Assembly: GCF_000011465.1 (NCBI RefSeq)
Contig: NC_005072.1
Location: forward strand, 450,001-482,000
DNA from: Prochlorococcus marinus subsp. pastoris str. CCMP1986
Lineage (GTDB): Bacteria > Cyanobacteriota > Cyanobacteriia > PCC-6307 > Cyanobiaceae
Direction of reading: 5' to 3'
Length of the DNA stretch: 32,000 nucleotides
Shown here: piece after piece, positions 9,085 to 17,423 of the stretch
How positions within the stretch are numbered: position 1 is the first letter of the stretch
Layout of the letters: the number at the start of each line of letters is the position of its first letter
Position numbers and translations under genes: made by a program
Notes under the pieces: generated by a model
Told to the model about the DNA's origin: nothing
The model's input: only the letters and a program-made list of their open reading frames with translations
Databases searched by the model: none

Positions 9085-9381
9085 ATGAAATTCAAATTAA
9101 ACAAAAAGATATCAAGTTTAGTGAAAATTTGCATTTTATTTGTTTCATTCATTAATATCAAATCGACTAAATTAAATGCAGAAGAGTCATACCTTAACGA
9201 AATTGAATTTGATAGCTCTACAAAAATTGACACAGATAGTTCAGCTTTACCTACTAACCCATTCGAATTAGTTGAGATGATTAGAAGGGCTAATAGTATG
9301 AATGATGCGACTAAACCATCTGATGCTATAGATGATGCATTAAAATTATTTAATAAGATTGAAGTAAAAGAAACCCCTTAA
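9085..9381 (+). CDS. Small secreted/exported hypothetical protein
   Basis: A basic N-terminus plus a hydrophobic segment (KKISSLVKICILFVSFI) looks like a signal peptide. The ORF opens at TTG 9070, and I prefer ATG 9085. Confidence 0.5.
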   Translation: MKFKLNKKISSLVKICILFVSFINIKSTKLNAEESYLNEIEFDSSTKIDTDSSALPTNPFELVEMIRRANSMNDATKPSDAIDDALKLFNKIEVKETP

Positions 9382-9426
9382 TCCAGGAAATATCTTATTA
9401 AAAACATTTCTCAAACATAACTAAAT

Positions 9427-10026
9427 ATGATTAAAAATCCTATCCAAGAAGTTACAAATAAATTACAGTACAGGGCAATAGGTATTGTTAAAGGTATTTA
9501 TAAGCCAAATAATATTGATCAATTAAATAGAGGAACATTAACTGATAAGGAAGGAAAAATAATTGAAACAGTTATTCTTGGTAAAGCTATAGCGCTGATA
9601 AAAAAATATATCAATTTAGAGAAGGATTATTTTTGGATTGTTTATCCCAGAAATAAAAACATTAATAATCTACATTTACAGGTAGCTGGTATATGGGATC
9701 CTTATCAGTTAAATCAATTTGATAAAAATAATTCTGAAAAGGATCCTAATCAGTTATTAGAAGAATTAAATTTAAATAATAATTATTTTTCAATAAGAGG
9801 AGAATTGGTCTATGTAAATATAAAAAAGAAAGAGATTGTTATCAAAATTTGTTCTTCTCCACCTTCAAAGAGGTCAAAATATTTAACTTTTAAAATTATT
9901 ATTGAAGGAGAGATCCCTCTTCAATTTCTGAATAACTTTGTAAGCCTCGATGTGATAAGAGATGGAAATACTCTGAGAATGGCTAAGTACGAAATTATCG
10001 AAAAAATAAAACCTGAAAAAGTATAG
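9427..10026 (+). CDS. Hypothetical protein (199 aa)
   Basis: ATG ORF with normal coding-like composition. No motif I can name. Confidence 0.55.
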   Translation: MIKNPIQEVTNKLQYRAIGIVKGIYKPNNIDQLNRGTLTDKEGKIIETVILGKAIALIKKYINLEKDYFWIVYPRNKNINNLHLQVAGIWDPYQLNQFDKNNSEKDPNQLLEELNLNNNYFSIRGELVYVNIKKKEIVIKICSSPPSKRSKYLTFKIIIEGEIPLQFLNNFVSLDVIRDGNTLRMAKYEIIEKIKPEKV

Positions 10027-10092
10027 AATTGATTATTATTGTCAATTTCTAATCACTTGAATTCTTATTTATTCAAAAATTTATAAAGGATT

Positions 10093-11316
10093 ATGGAAGA
10101 AATTTTAATTGAGTGTTCTCCTGGGGTCTCTGGAGATATGTTATTGGGCGCTTTTTATGATTTGGGGGTGCCAAAAGATGAAATTGAGAAAAAACTCGCA
10201 TGTTTTGGATTAGAAAATTTATATTATTTAAACTTTAGAGAATCTCAAAATTGTTCAATTCGAGGAATAAAGGTTGATGTTGAGAAATTTGATCAAAGTA
10301 CTAAAAGAGATTGGAAAAGTATTAAAAATTTAATTCTGAAGACTCAATTAGAAGAACAATTAAAAAAAAGAATTTATGAAGTTTTCGAGTCTTTAGCTTT
10401 AGCAGAAGGAAGAGTTCATGGTATTAACCCAGAAGAAGTTCATTTTCATGAGATAGGTGCAATCGATTCCTTAGTAGATATTATTGGAGTCTGTACTTCA
10501 ATTGAATATTTAAAGCCAAAGAAGGTTTTTTGTAATGAACCTACTTTAGGGAGAGGTTTTATTAAGGCTGATCATGGCAAATTATCAGTACCATCTCCTG
10601 CGGTAATAGAGTTATTAAGAAAAAAAAATATTAAGGTGATCTCAAATATTGATTCTATAGAGGGCGAATTGTCTACTCCAACGGGAATAGCTTTACTTTG
10701 TAATTTAGTTGAATCTTTCCAAATTCCTTATAAATATTCTATTGATTCCTATGGAGTAGGTCTTGGGAATTTAAATCTTCCATGCCCAAATTTGGTTAGG
10801 GTTTTAAAAATTAATTCTAGTGATGAGAATTTGATAGATCAAAAAATTAGTCCAAGATATGAGGAGATTTGTGTTCAAGAGGCATGGATTGATGATCAAA
10901 CGTCTGAAGAACTAGCTAATTTAATTGAGCGATTTAGAAAAGAAGGAGCTTATGATGTTTCGTCTCAGTCTATTAATATGAAAAAAAACCGAATAGGTTT
11001 TTCTATCCAAGTTATCTTGCCTATTAAAAAGCAGGAGTATTTTAGGAAATTATGGTTTGAATTTTCTACTACTATAGGTTTGAGAGAAAGAATACAAGCG
11101 AGGTGGGTTTTACTGAGAAGAAAGGGGGAGTGTCTAACAACTTTTGGAAAAGTTAAATTTAAACAATCAATGAAACCTAACGGAACTATTTATATGAAAC
11201 CAGAGAATGATGAAATTTTTAGATTGCAAATTGAGAATAATAAAACAGCTGAAGAAGTAAGAACTATCATTACAGAAACATGCAAGGAATTTAAAGCTTT
11301 TGAAGATTGGAAATAA
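10093..11316 (+). CDS. larC: LarC-family nickel insertion protein (NPN-cofactor nickel cyclometallase, DUF111/UPF0272), single fused ORF
   Basis: The N-terminal SPGVSGDMLLGAFYDLG matches the G-x-SGDM signature. Also present are HFHEIGAIDSLVDIIG and the C-terminal LarC2-like domain (TTIGLRE...). The ~400 aa length is typical. Confidence 0.85.
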   Translation: MEEILIECSPGVSGDMLLGAFYDLGVPKDEIEKKLACFGLENLYYLNFRESQNCSIRGIKVDVEKFDQSTKRDWKSIKNLILKTQLEEQLKKRIYEVFESLALAEGRVHGINPEEVHFHEIGAIDSLVDIIGVCTSIEYLKPKKVFCNEPTLGRGFIKADHGKLSVPSPAVIELLRKKNIKVISNIDSIEGELSTPTGIALLCNLVESFQIPYKYSIDSYGVGLGNLNLPCPNLVRVLKINSSDENLIDQKISPRYEEICVQEAWIDDQTSEELANLIERFRKEGAYDVSSQSINMKKNRIGFSIQVILPIKKQEYFRKLWFEFSTTIGLRERIQARWVLLRRKGECLTTFGKVKFKQSMKPNGTIYMKPENDEIFRLQIENNKTAEEVRTIITETCKEFKAFEDWK

Positions 11317-11324
11317 GAATTAAT

Positions 11325-12269
11325 ATGCAAAAAGTTTATTTTATAAATCTTTTAAAGAATATTGACTTTGTAATCCTGAAGAAACTTTTTTTTCTTTTGA
11401 GTATATCTTATTTCTCTTTTTACTTTTTTAAAAGTTTTGATCAAATTTCATTAAATATTGATTTTGATAGAAATGGAAATTATATATTTTTATCATTTTT
11501 ATTTTGTATATTAAGTATTTATTTTAATGGACTAGCTTGGAAAAATATAGTTGCTTGGTTTGGTAAAACCAAGATTAAAGAGAGTTTAATTTCCTTTTAT
11601 GTCCTGACGAATATTCTTAAATATGTGCCAGGAGGTATTTGGCATTTCTTTGAAAGATATAACTTTCTAAAAGATATTAGTAATCCTCAATTAGCTTTTT
11701 ATTCGACACTAATTGAACCTTATTTTATGTTGTGTGCATCTTTCTTATTGGCTTCAGTTGGTATGATTTTTTCCCCATTTTATTTTTTATTACTCATACC
11801 CTTAATATTTCTGAATAGAAAATTAATTTTCCATATTTTAGAAAGGTTAGAAACCTTAAAAGGTAAAACCATTAAATCTTTAAAAATTAACAATGAAAAG
11901 TATCGATTTGAGGAAAGAATAAAAATAATTTCTTTCTTTCCTGCGAGAGCTTTTTTGATTGAGATTCTTTTTGTATTATCAAAATTTATTGGATTTATTA
12001 TTTGCTTTTATATAGTTAATTTAGATAATCAATATAGTATTTTTTATTTATTGGTAATTTTTTGTTTGTCCTGGGCTATTGGATTAATAGTACCTGCTGC
12101 CCCAGGAGGGGTAGGGGTATTTGAGGCTTGTTTTCTCTTTTTTTGTGGAAAAAATATTCCACACAATATAATTTTTCCAAGTTTAATTTATTTTAGATTG
12201 ATATCTACCTCGGCAGATTTATTTTTAGGTCTTCCATTCTTATTAAGAAAATTTTTAAAGAAAATTTAG
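11325..12269 (+). CDS. UPF0104 / lysyl-phosphatidylglycerol-synthase-TM-region-like (flippase-like) integral membrane protein
   Basis: The protein has multiple TM segments. PGGIWHF and PAAPGGVGVFE are the hallmark loops of this family. The ORF opens at TTG 11307, overlapping larC, and I prefer ATG 11325. Confidence 0.7.
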   Translation: MQKVYFINLLKNIDFVILKKLFFLLSISYFSFYFFKSFDQISLNIDFDRNGNYIFLSFLFCILSIYFNGLAWKNIVAWFGKTKIKESLISFYVLTNILKYVPGGIWHFFERYNFLKDISNPQLAFYSTLIEPYFMLCASFLLASVGMIFSPFYFLLLIPLIFLNRKLIFHILERLETLKGKTIKSLKINNEKYRFEERIKIISFFPARAFLIEILFVLSKFIGFIICFYIVNLDNQYSIFYLLVIFCLSWAIGLIVPAAPGGVGVFEACFLFFCGKNIPHNIIFPSLIYFRLISTSADLFLGLPFLLRKFLKKI

Positions 12270-13861
12270 TCCTTTTTTTCTAAGCTTGGAATTAATGTAC
12301 TTGATGCAATTAGACCCAAGACTGTTATAAAGAATGCAGGTAATAAGGCTTCTGCCATTCGCTCATCTCCAGCATATTGATATATCCTTACAGATAAAGT
12401 ATCAAAGTCGAAAGGTCTAAGAATAAATGTAATTGGTAACTCCTTAATGGTGTCTACAAATACTAAAAGTGATCCAACAAAGATTGGACCTTTTAATAGT
12501 GGAATATGTATCTTCTTGATAACACCAAACCAATTAGAGCCTAGTCCCTTTGCGGCCTCATCAAGGGTTGGAGATATTCTTTCAAATCCAGAATCAAGAG
12601 AACCTTTTGAAATAGTTAAAAATCGAACTACGTAACCCCAGATCAGAAGGAATATAGGAATAAAATAGAACTTTGAATTGGAAATACTTATTAATGAGAT
12701 AGCTAATACAGTTCCTGGGATTGCATATCCAATACCTGCTGGGAATGTTATTAATCTCATAAGTAAATTCTTATTCTGACGATTAGATAGCGTTAATATT
12801 AAAGAGAAAATTAACGCTACTAATGCAGCAATTATTCCAAGGCTAATAGTTCTTAAAGTAAGAGATATTAATTCTGTTGTGAATCCTTTTTTTAACTGAT
12901 CAATATTTAATAGAAACCAAGAAAATGGAATTCCAATAGCAAATAATGGGGGTAATGAAGTAAATAAATATGCTATGTAAGACCTATTTCCTTTTAACTT
13001 AAATCCCAGAGAACTTAATGAGGCAGGATTTTCACTCCAACTCTTTGTCTTCCTTCTTGAAAGTTTTTCAAACAAAATTAAAGTAAAAACTATTATTAAA
13101 GCAACTAATGATAATCCAATAGCGCTCTTAGGATTACCTTCAATGATCCAATTTTCAGTAATACCTTTAGAAATACTTGGAATATTTAGTAACTCAACTG
13201 TCCCTAAATCATTCATAACTTCCATACACATAAGGCTGATTCCAGTTATTAATGCTGGGAAAGCCATTGGAAGAGCAATTTTAAAAAAGCTGCCCCATGG
13301 TCCAACTCCTAATCCTCTACTAGCATTAATTTGATTAACTCCAAATTTATTAAAACTTTCGTTAGCAAGTAAGAAAACATAAGGGTAAGTAGTAATTGAG
13401 AGTATAAGAACTCCCCACCAGAAACCACTTATTTGGTAACCTAAAATACTTCCTAAATCCTGCAATACTGCAGTTAACAAATATGCAGGAGTTGCTAGTG
13501 GAATTAGTTGAAAAATACGAAGAGTTTTCCTTAATCTAAATTCGCAATTTGATAGTAACCAGCCATTTAAGGTCCCTAAACCACCTCCTAGAAAACTAGT
13601 AAGTATTAAAAGTTTTAATGTGCCAAGTATTTCTTTTCTTCCAGAAATACCTAAAGAAAAATTACCACCTAAAATAAAATCTATTCCTTCAATTAAGAAA
13701 TTAAAAATAGGTATTATAAGTGTAAATGCAACTATTAAAGAAGCAATATTTAAAGGTTTTAAATCTGATATTAAATTCTTTGTTTGTTTAATAAAAATTT
13801 TTCTAATATTAAATTGTACTTTATTATGCTTCTTCTCTATAATTAAATCTACAACAATCAA
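12266..13861 (-). CDS. futB: Fe(III) ABC transporter permease, duplicated two-domain FutB/FbpB type
   Basis: The ~530 aa protein has about 12 TM segments and two EAA-type loops (INASRGLGVGPWGSFFKIALP and LDEAAKGLGSNWFGVIKKIHIPLL). The only available start is TTG 13861, which overlaps the upstream GTPase gene by 38 nt. The N-terminal boundary is uncertain. Confidence 0.85.
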   Translation of the reverse strand: MIVVDLIIEKKHNKVQFNIRKIFIKQTKNLISDLKPLNIASLIVAFTLIIPIFNFLIEGIDFILGGNFSLGISGRKEILGTLKLLILTSFLGGGLGTLNGWLLSNCEFRLRKTLRIFQLIPLATPAYLLTAVLQDLGSILGYQISGFWWGVLILSITTYPYVFLLANESFNKFGVNQINASRGLGVGPWGSFFKIALPMAFPALITGISLMCMEVMNDLGTVELLNIPSISKGITENWIIEGNPKSAIGLSLVALIIVFTLILFEKLSRRKTKSWSENPASLSSLGFKLKGNRSYIAYLFTSLPPLFAIGIPFSWFLLNIDQLKKGFTTELISLTLRTISLGIIAALVALIFSLILTLSNRQNKNLLMRLITFPAGIGYAIPGTVLAISLISISNSKFYFIPIFLLIWGYVVRFLTISKGSLDSGFERISPTLDEAAKGLGSNWFGVIKKIHIPLLKGPIFVGSLLVFVDTIKELPITFILRPFDFDTLSVRIYQYAGDERMAEALLPAFFITVLGLIASSTLIPSLEKKD

Positions 13862-14918
13862 GCTGATTCTTAATAGTTTGATGATCTAAATCTTTTCCTA
13901 TTAGAACAATTTTATTTGATTTTTTATTTTCCCATTCACAGTCATCAAGAGAAAAACGTTTACCAGATAAATGAAAAATATGTTTTCTTTCGCTTTCCAT
14001 AAACCATAAAATGCCTTTAGCTCTAAATACATTTTGTGAGATTTGATTATCTAAGAAGTTTTGAAACTTTCTTAAAGAAAATGGTTCATTCGTCTTAAAA
14101 GAAATAGATGTAAATCCTTCTATGTTATTTATTAAATCATGAGAATGGGAAGAGTGATCATGAGAATGGGAAGAGTGATCATGAGAATGGGAAGAGTGAT
14201 CATGAGAATGGGAAGAGTGATCATGAGAATGGGAAGAGTGATCATGAGAATGGGAAGAGTGATCATGAGAATCTTGATTACTAATCATTTTCTCTTTAAA
14301 TTGAAAAGTATCTGTTTCGAAAAGTCCCACACTCATTATTGTTTGCAAACCAACTTCACTATTAATCGATCTCAAAATTCTTGGTTCTTTTTTTATCCCA
14401 TTAATGTATTGTTCTATCTTTTTCAAATGTGTATCAGTTACTAAATCACATTTATTTAGTAGTAAAATATCACCATATAGAATTTGTGAGTAGGCAACAT
14501 TAGAGTTTTTTAAATCAAAATCAAAGTTATCTGCATCAATAATAGTAATAATGGAATCTAATCTTACTTTTTCTCTAAGATCACCCCCGGCAAAAGTCAT
14601 TGCTACAGGGAGTGGATCTGCAAGTCCAGTAGTCTCAACAATTAAATAATCTATTTTTTCAGGTCTATCTAATATCTTAGAAACAGTGTTTAATAATTCT
14701 CCGTTTATTGTGCAACAAATGCATCCGTTATTTAATTCGATCATATCTTCAGCAGTTTTTATAATTAATTCATTATCAATACCTATCTCTCCAAATTCAT
14801 TAACTAAAACAGCCGTTTTAATTCCAACTTGATTTTTTAAAATATGATTTAAAAGTGTAGTTTTACCTGAACCCAAGAATCCACTAATAATCGTAATAGG
14901 GAGTAAATTTTCTGCCAT
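13824..14918 (-). CDS. COG0523 (CobW/ZigA/YjiA-type) G3E metallochaperone GTPase with His-rich insert
   Basis: Motifs are Walker A GFLGSGKTTLLN, the metal-binding CxCC motif GCICCT, ETTGLADP and NKCDL. A CobW C-terminal domain is present. The linker between the domains carries (HDHSSHS)x6. Confidence 0.92.
   Translation of the reverse strand: MAENLLPITIISGFLGSGKTTLLNHILKNQVGIKTAVLVNEFGEIGIDNELIIKTAEDMIELNNGCICCTINGELLNTVSKILDRPEKIDYLIVETTGLADPLPVAMTFAGGDLREKVRLDSIITIIDADNFDFDLKNSNVAYSQILYGDILLLNKCDLVTDTHLKKIEQYINGIKKEPRILRSINSEVGLQTIMSVGLFETDTFQFKEKMISNQDSHDHSSHSHDHSSHSHDHSSHSHDHSSHSHDHSSHSHDHSSHSHDLINNIEGFTSISFKTNEPFSLRKFQNFLDNQISQNVFRAKGILWFMESERKHIFHLSGKRFSLDDCEWENKKSNKIVLIGKDLDHQTIKNQLDCCRFNYREEA
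14136..14272. repeat. Perfect 21-bp tandem repeat, 6 full copies plus 11 nt (unit ATCATGAGAATGGGAAGAGTG on the plus strand)
   Basis: By direct reading, copies lie at 14136, 14157, 14178, 14199, 14220 and 14241, with no mismatches. The repeat is in frame and encodes HDHSSHS repeats on the minus strand. Confidence 0.97.
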
Positions 14919-14963
14919 TTTGATGGTTATTTTGAAACTAATATAGTTTTTATGAATTGTAAA

Positions 14964-15254
14964 TTATTTTTCGAAAATATCATTAATTTCTGAAGCGATT
15001 GTTTGATCTAAATTAGTAATTCCGCCTAAATCATGAGTACTTAGTTTAATTATTACTTTTGAATAAACATTTTCCCAATTTGGATGATGGTTATGTTTCT
15101 CGCAAATTAAAGCAATCTTTGTCATAAAGGAGAAGGCTTCTACAAAATTACTAAAATTGAATTCTCTTTCAATATGATTTGTCATAATTCTCCATCCTCC
15201 TATTTTTGCAGATAGTTCTTTTAATTCCTCATGTTCTAAAAGGTATGGTTTCAT
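14964..15254 (-). CDS. phhB: Pterin-4a-carbinolamine dehydratase (PCD/DCoH family)
   Basis: The signature EKHNHHPNWENVYSKV matches the [DE]-x-H-H-P-x5-[YW] pattern. The 96 aa length is typical. Confidence 0.88.
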   Translation of the reverse strand: MKPYLLEHEELKELSAKIGGWRIMTNHIEREFNFSNFVEAFSFMTKIALICEKHNHHPNWENVYSKVIIKLSTHDLGGITNLDQTIASEINDIFEK

Positions 15255-15260
15255 AACTAT

Positions 15261-15746
15261 TTATTGTGACTGTTTACTACTATAGATACTTGATTTTTTT
15301 TTTCCAATAATATGAACACTTATACTTCTTTTTTTTGTACTAAATCGATGTTCCCATAAATAAATTGCTTGCCAAGTGCCAAGTATGAGTCTACCTTTTT
15401 GAAAGCTTAAAGACAAATTAGTATTTGTTAAAGCAGTTTTAATATGAGCTGGCATATCGTCCTCTCCTTCTTGAAAATGTTCATAATATATCTCCTCTCT
15501 TTCTTTTGATAACGAGGTATAACAGTTGTACGGAACTATAGATTTAATGAACTTTTCTAGATCTTTAAGAACATTTGGATCTGCATTTTCATTAATAGTC
15601 AAACTACAACTTGTGTGTAGTGAGGTTAAGCAAAAAATTCCTGAATCAAAATTACTTTTTTGTATGAATAAATTTAAATCATCAGTAATATCAGTGAAAC
15701 CCTCCCCGTTGGTTATAAAGTTTAATTTTGAGAAAATTTGTTCCAT
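15261..15746 (-). CDS. yjbQ: YjbQ/UPF0047 family protein (secondary thiamine-phosphate synthase-like)
   Basis: Family patterns HTSCSLTINENADPNV, DDMPAHIK and LGTWQAIYLWEH are present. Confidence 0.85.
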   Translation of the reverse strand: MEQIFSKLNFITNGEGFTDITDDLNLFIQKSNFDSGIFCLTSLHTSCSLTINENADPNVLKDLEKFIKSIVPYNCYTSLSKEREEIYYEHFQEGEDDMPAHIKTALTNTNLSLSFQKGRLILGTWQAIYLWEHRFSTKKRSISVHIIGKKKSSIYSSKQSQ

Positions 15747-15855
15747 AAATATTTAAAGTCCTAATAAGCAATATCCTATTATGAATATAGTTTGAAAATT
15801 TTATACTTAGAAAAATATTTTGTCTTAAAATAATAAATAATTAAGTTAAATATTT

Positions 15856-17361
15856 TTGTCTGAAAAAGAATGGAATAAGCTTGGAGCTTATTTAAAAGAA
15901 ACTCAAATATTAGGCTCAATACAGAGTACTCTATATTGGGATCAAAATACGGGTATGCCCAAAAAAGGAGCGTCTTGGAGATCTGAACAACTTACGTATA
16001 TCGCAAAAATACTGCATAAGAGAAATTCCTCTGAAGAGTTTTCAGATTTAATTAAGGCTGCTCAGGATGAGTTTAGAGGTGGCTTAGACAAATCATTAAA
16101 TCAAGAAATTATTCGAAGTAAAAAAAGAAACCTTGAATTATTAATCAAGGAATTTAATAGGCAAAAAAATTTAGATGCTAAACTAGTTGAAGCACTTGCT
16201 AAAGCTAAATCAAAAGGTTATGAAAGTTGGCAAGAAGCCAAAAGAAAATCCGATTTTGAGATTTTCTTACCAATTTTTAAAAATTTGATCGAATTACGTA
16301 TTGAAGAGACAAAACAAATATCAGATAAATACACACCTTGGGAAACTTTAGCTCAACCTTTTGAGCCGGATTTAACTCTGGAGTGGTTAAATAAAATTTT
16401 CCAGCCACTTAAAGAAACTATCCCATCTCTAATAAGTGATCTCAATAAATCAGAAAAGTACCACTGGGATTTAAGTCCTAAATCTCAGCAAAATTTATGT
16501 TCTAAATTACTTGATGAGTTTGGGAGAGATGAAGATCTAGTAGTTGTTGCAAAATCTCCCCATCCTTTTTCTATTACTTTAGGCCCAGATGACTATAGGA
16601 TTACTACTAGAGTTGTAGAAGGGGAACCCTTATCAAGTTTTCTAGCTACTGCGCATGAGTGGGGACATTCGATTTATGAGCAGGGTTTGCCATCTCAGAG
16701 TCATCAATGGTTTGCGTGGCCTTTGGGTCAAGCAACATCAATGGGTGTTCATGAAAGCCAATCTTTATTTTGGGAAAATAGGATAGTTAAATCAAAATCT
16801 TTTTCCAAAAGGTTTTTCAAACATTTTGTTTCTGAGGGTTGTTCTTTAAATAACCATTTAGAACTTTGGAAATCTATTAACCATTTGAAAGCAGGTTTAA
16901 ATAGAGTTGAGGCAGATGAATTAAGCTATGGGTTGCATATTTTAATTAGAACTGAACTTGAAATAGATTTAATTGAAGGAGGTCTAGAAGCGAAAGATGT
17001 TCCATCAGAATGGAACAAAAGATATGAGGAACTTTTAGGGATTAGACCATCAAATGATGCTGAGGGTTGTTTGCAAGATGTTCATTGGAGTGAAGGAGCA
17101 TTTGGATATTTCCCTTCGTACTTATTAGGGCATCTTATAAGTGCACAAATCTCTTCGCAAATGGAAAAGGAAATAGGATTAATTGATAATTTAGTTGAAG
17201 ATGGGGAATATGAAAAAATAATTTTATGGTTAAAAAATAATATTCACAACTATGGAAGATCTGTTAACTCTATGAAACTAGTGAGAAATGTCACTGGAGA
17301 AGAACTAACATCAAAGTACTTTGTTAATCATTTGAGATCGAAAATAAAAGATTTCTGCTAA
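15856..17361 (+). CDS. Carboxypeptidase Taq-type metallopeptidase (M32 family)
   Basis: Supporting motifs are the HExxH site HEWGHSIYEQG, HESQS, the N-terminal LYWDQNTGMPKKG, and LQDVHWSEGAFGYFPSY. The start is TTG at 15856. An in-frame TAA lies three codons upstream, and the next ATG would delete conserved N-terminal sequence. Confidence 0.9.
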   Translation: MSEKEWNKLGAYLKETQILGSIQSTLYWDQNTGMPKKGASWRSEQLTYIAKILHKRNSSEEFSDLIKAAQDEFRGGLDKSLNQEIIRSKKRNLELLIKEFNRQKNLDAKLVEALAKAKSKGYESWQEAKRKSDFEIFLPIFKNLIELRIEETKQISDKYTPWETLAQPFEPDLTLEWLNKIFQPLKETIPSLISDLNKSEKYHWDLSPKSQQNLCSKLLDEFGRDEDLVVVAKSPHPFSITLGPDDYRITTRVVEGEPLSSFLATAHEWGHSIYEQGLPSQSHQWFAWPLGQATSMGVHESQSLFWENRIVKSKSFSKRFFKHFVSEGCSLNNHLELWKSINHLKAGLNRVEADELSYGLHILIRTELEIDLIEGGLEAKDVPSEWNKRYEELLGIRPSNDAEGCLQDVHWSEGAFGYFPSYLLGHLISAQISSQMEKEIGLIDNLVEDGEYEKIILWLKNNIHNYGRSVNSMKLVRNVTGEELTSKYFVNHLRSKIKDFC

Positions 17362-17423
17362 AAATTTACGTTTTAGAATTTGATTGAGTGTGAGGATGTA
17401 GGATAAATAAAAATAATTTTTTG

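Noticed and set aside
14139-14444. Plus-strand ORF encoding (MRMGRVI)x6
   Set aside because: It is the antisense reading of the 21-bp repeat inside the COG0523 gene. The minus-strand frame has complete GTPase and CobW-C domains, while this frame has no context or motifs.
14935-14949. Palindrome AAACTA-ATA-TAGTTT, 17-31 nt upstream of the COG0523 start; considered as a possible Zur/Fur-type operator
   Set aside because: It is a 6-bp AT-rich palindrome in roughly 30% GC DNA and is likely to occur by chance. It does not resemble the Fur/Zur box consensus I know.
15294-15303. Homopolymer runs: T10 in yjbQ, a similar run near 2605-2614 in the SDR gene, and runs in other genes. Considered as slippage or phase-variation sites.
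   Set aside because: They encode Lys runs in intact full-length ORFs, and such runs are common in AT-rich genomes. There is no evidence of frameshifting here.
17362-17420. Possibility that the UCCUCACAC-containing minus strand is itself a Yfr1-like sRNA gene
   Set aside because: The minus-strand sequence has no flanking stem-loops or terminator hairpin of the kind that defines Yfr1. It is also only a 9/11 match, so I treat it as a potential target site instead.
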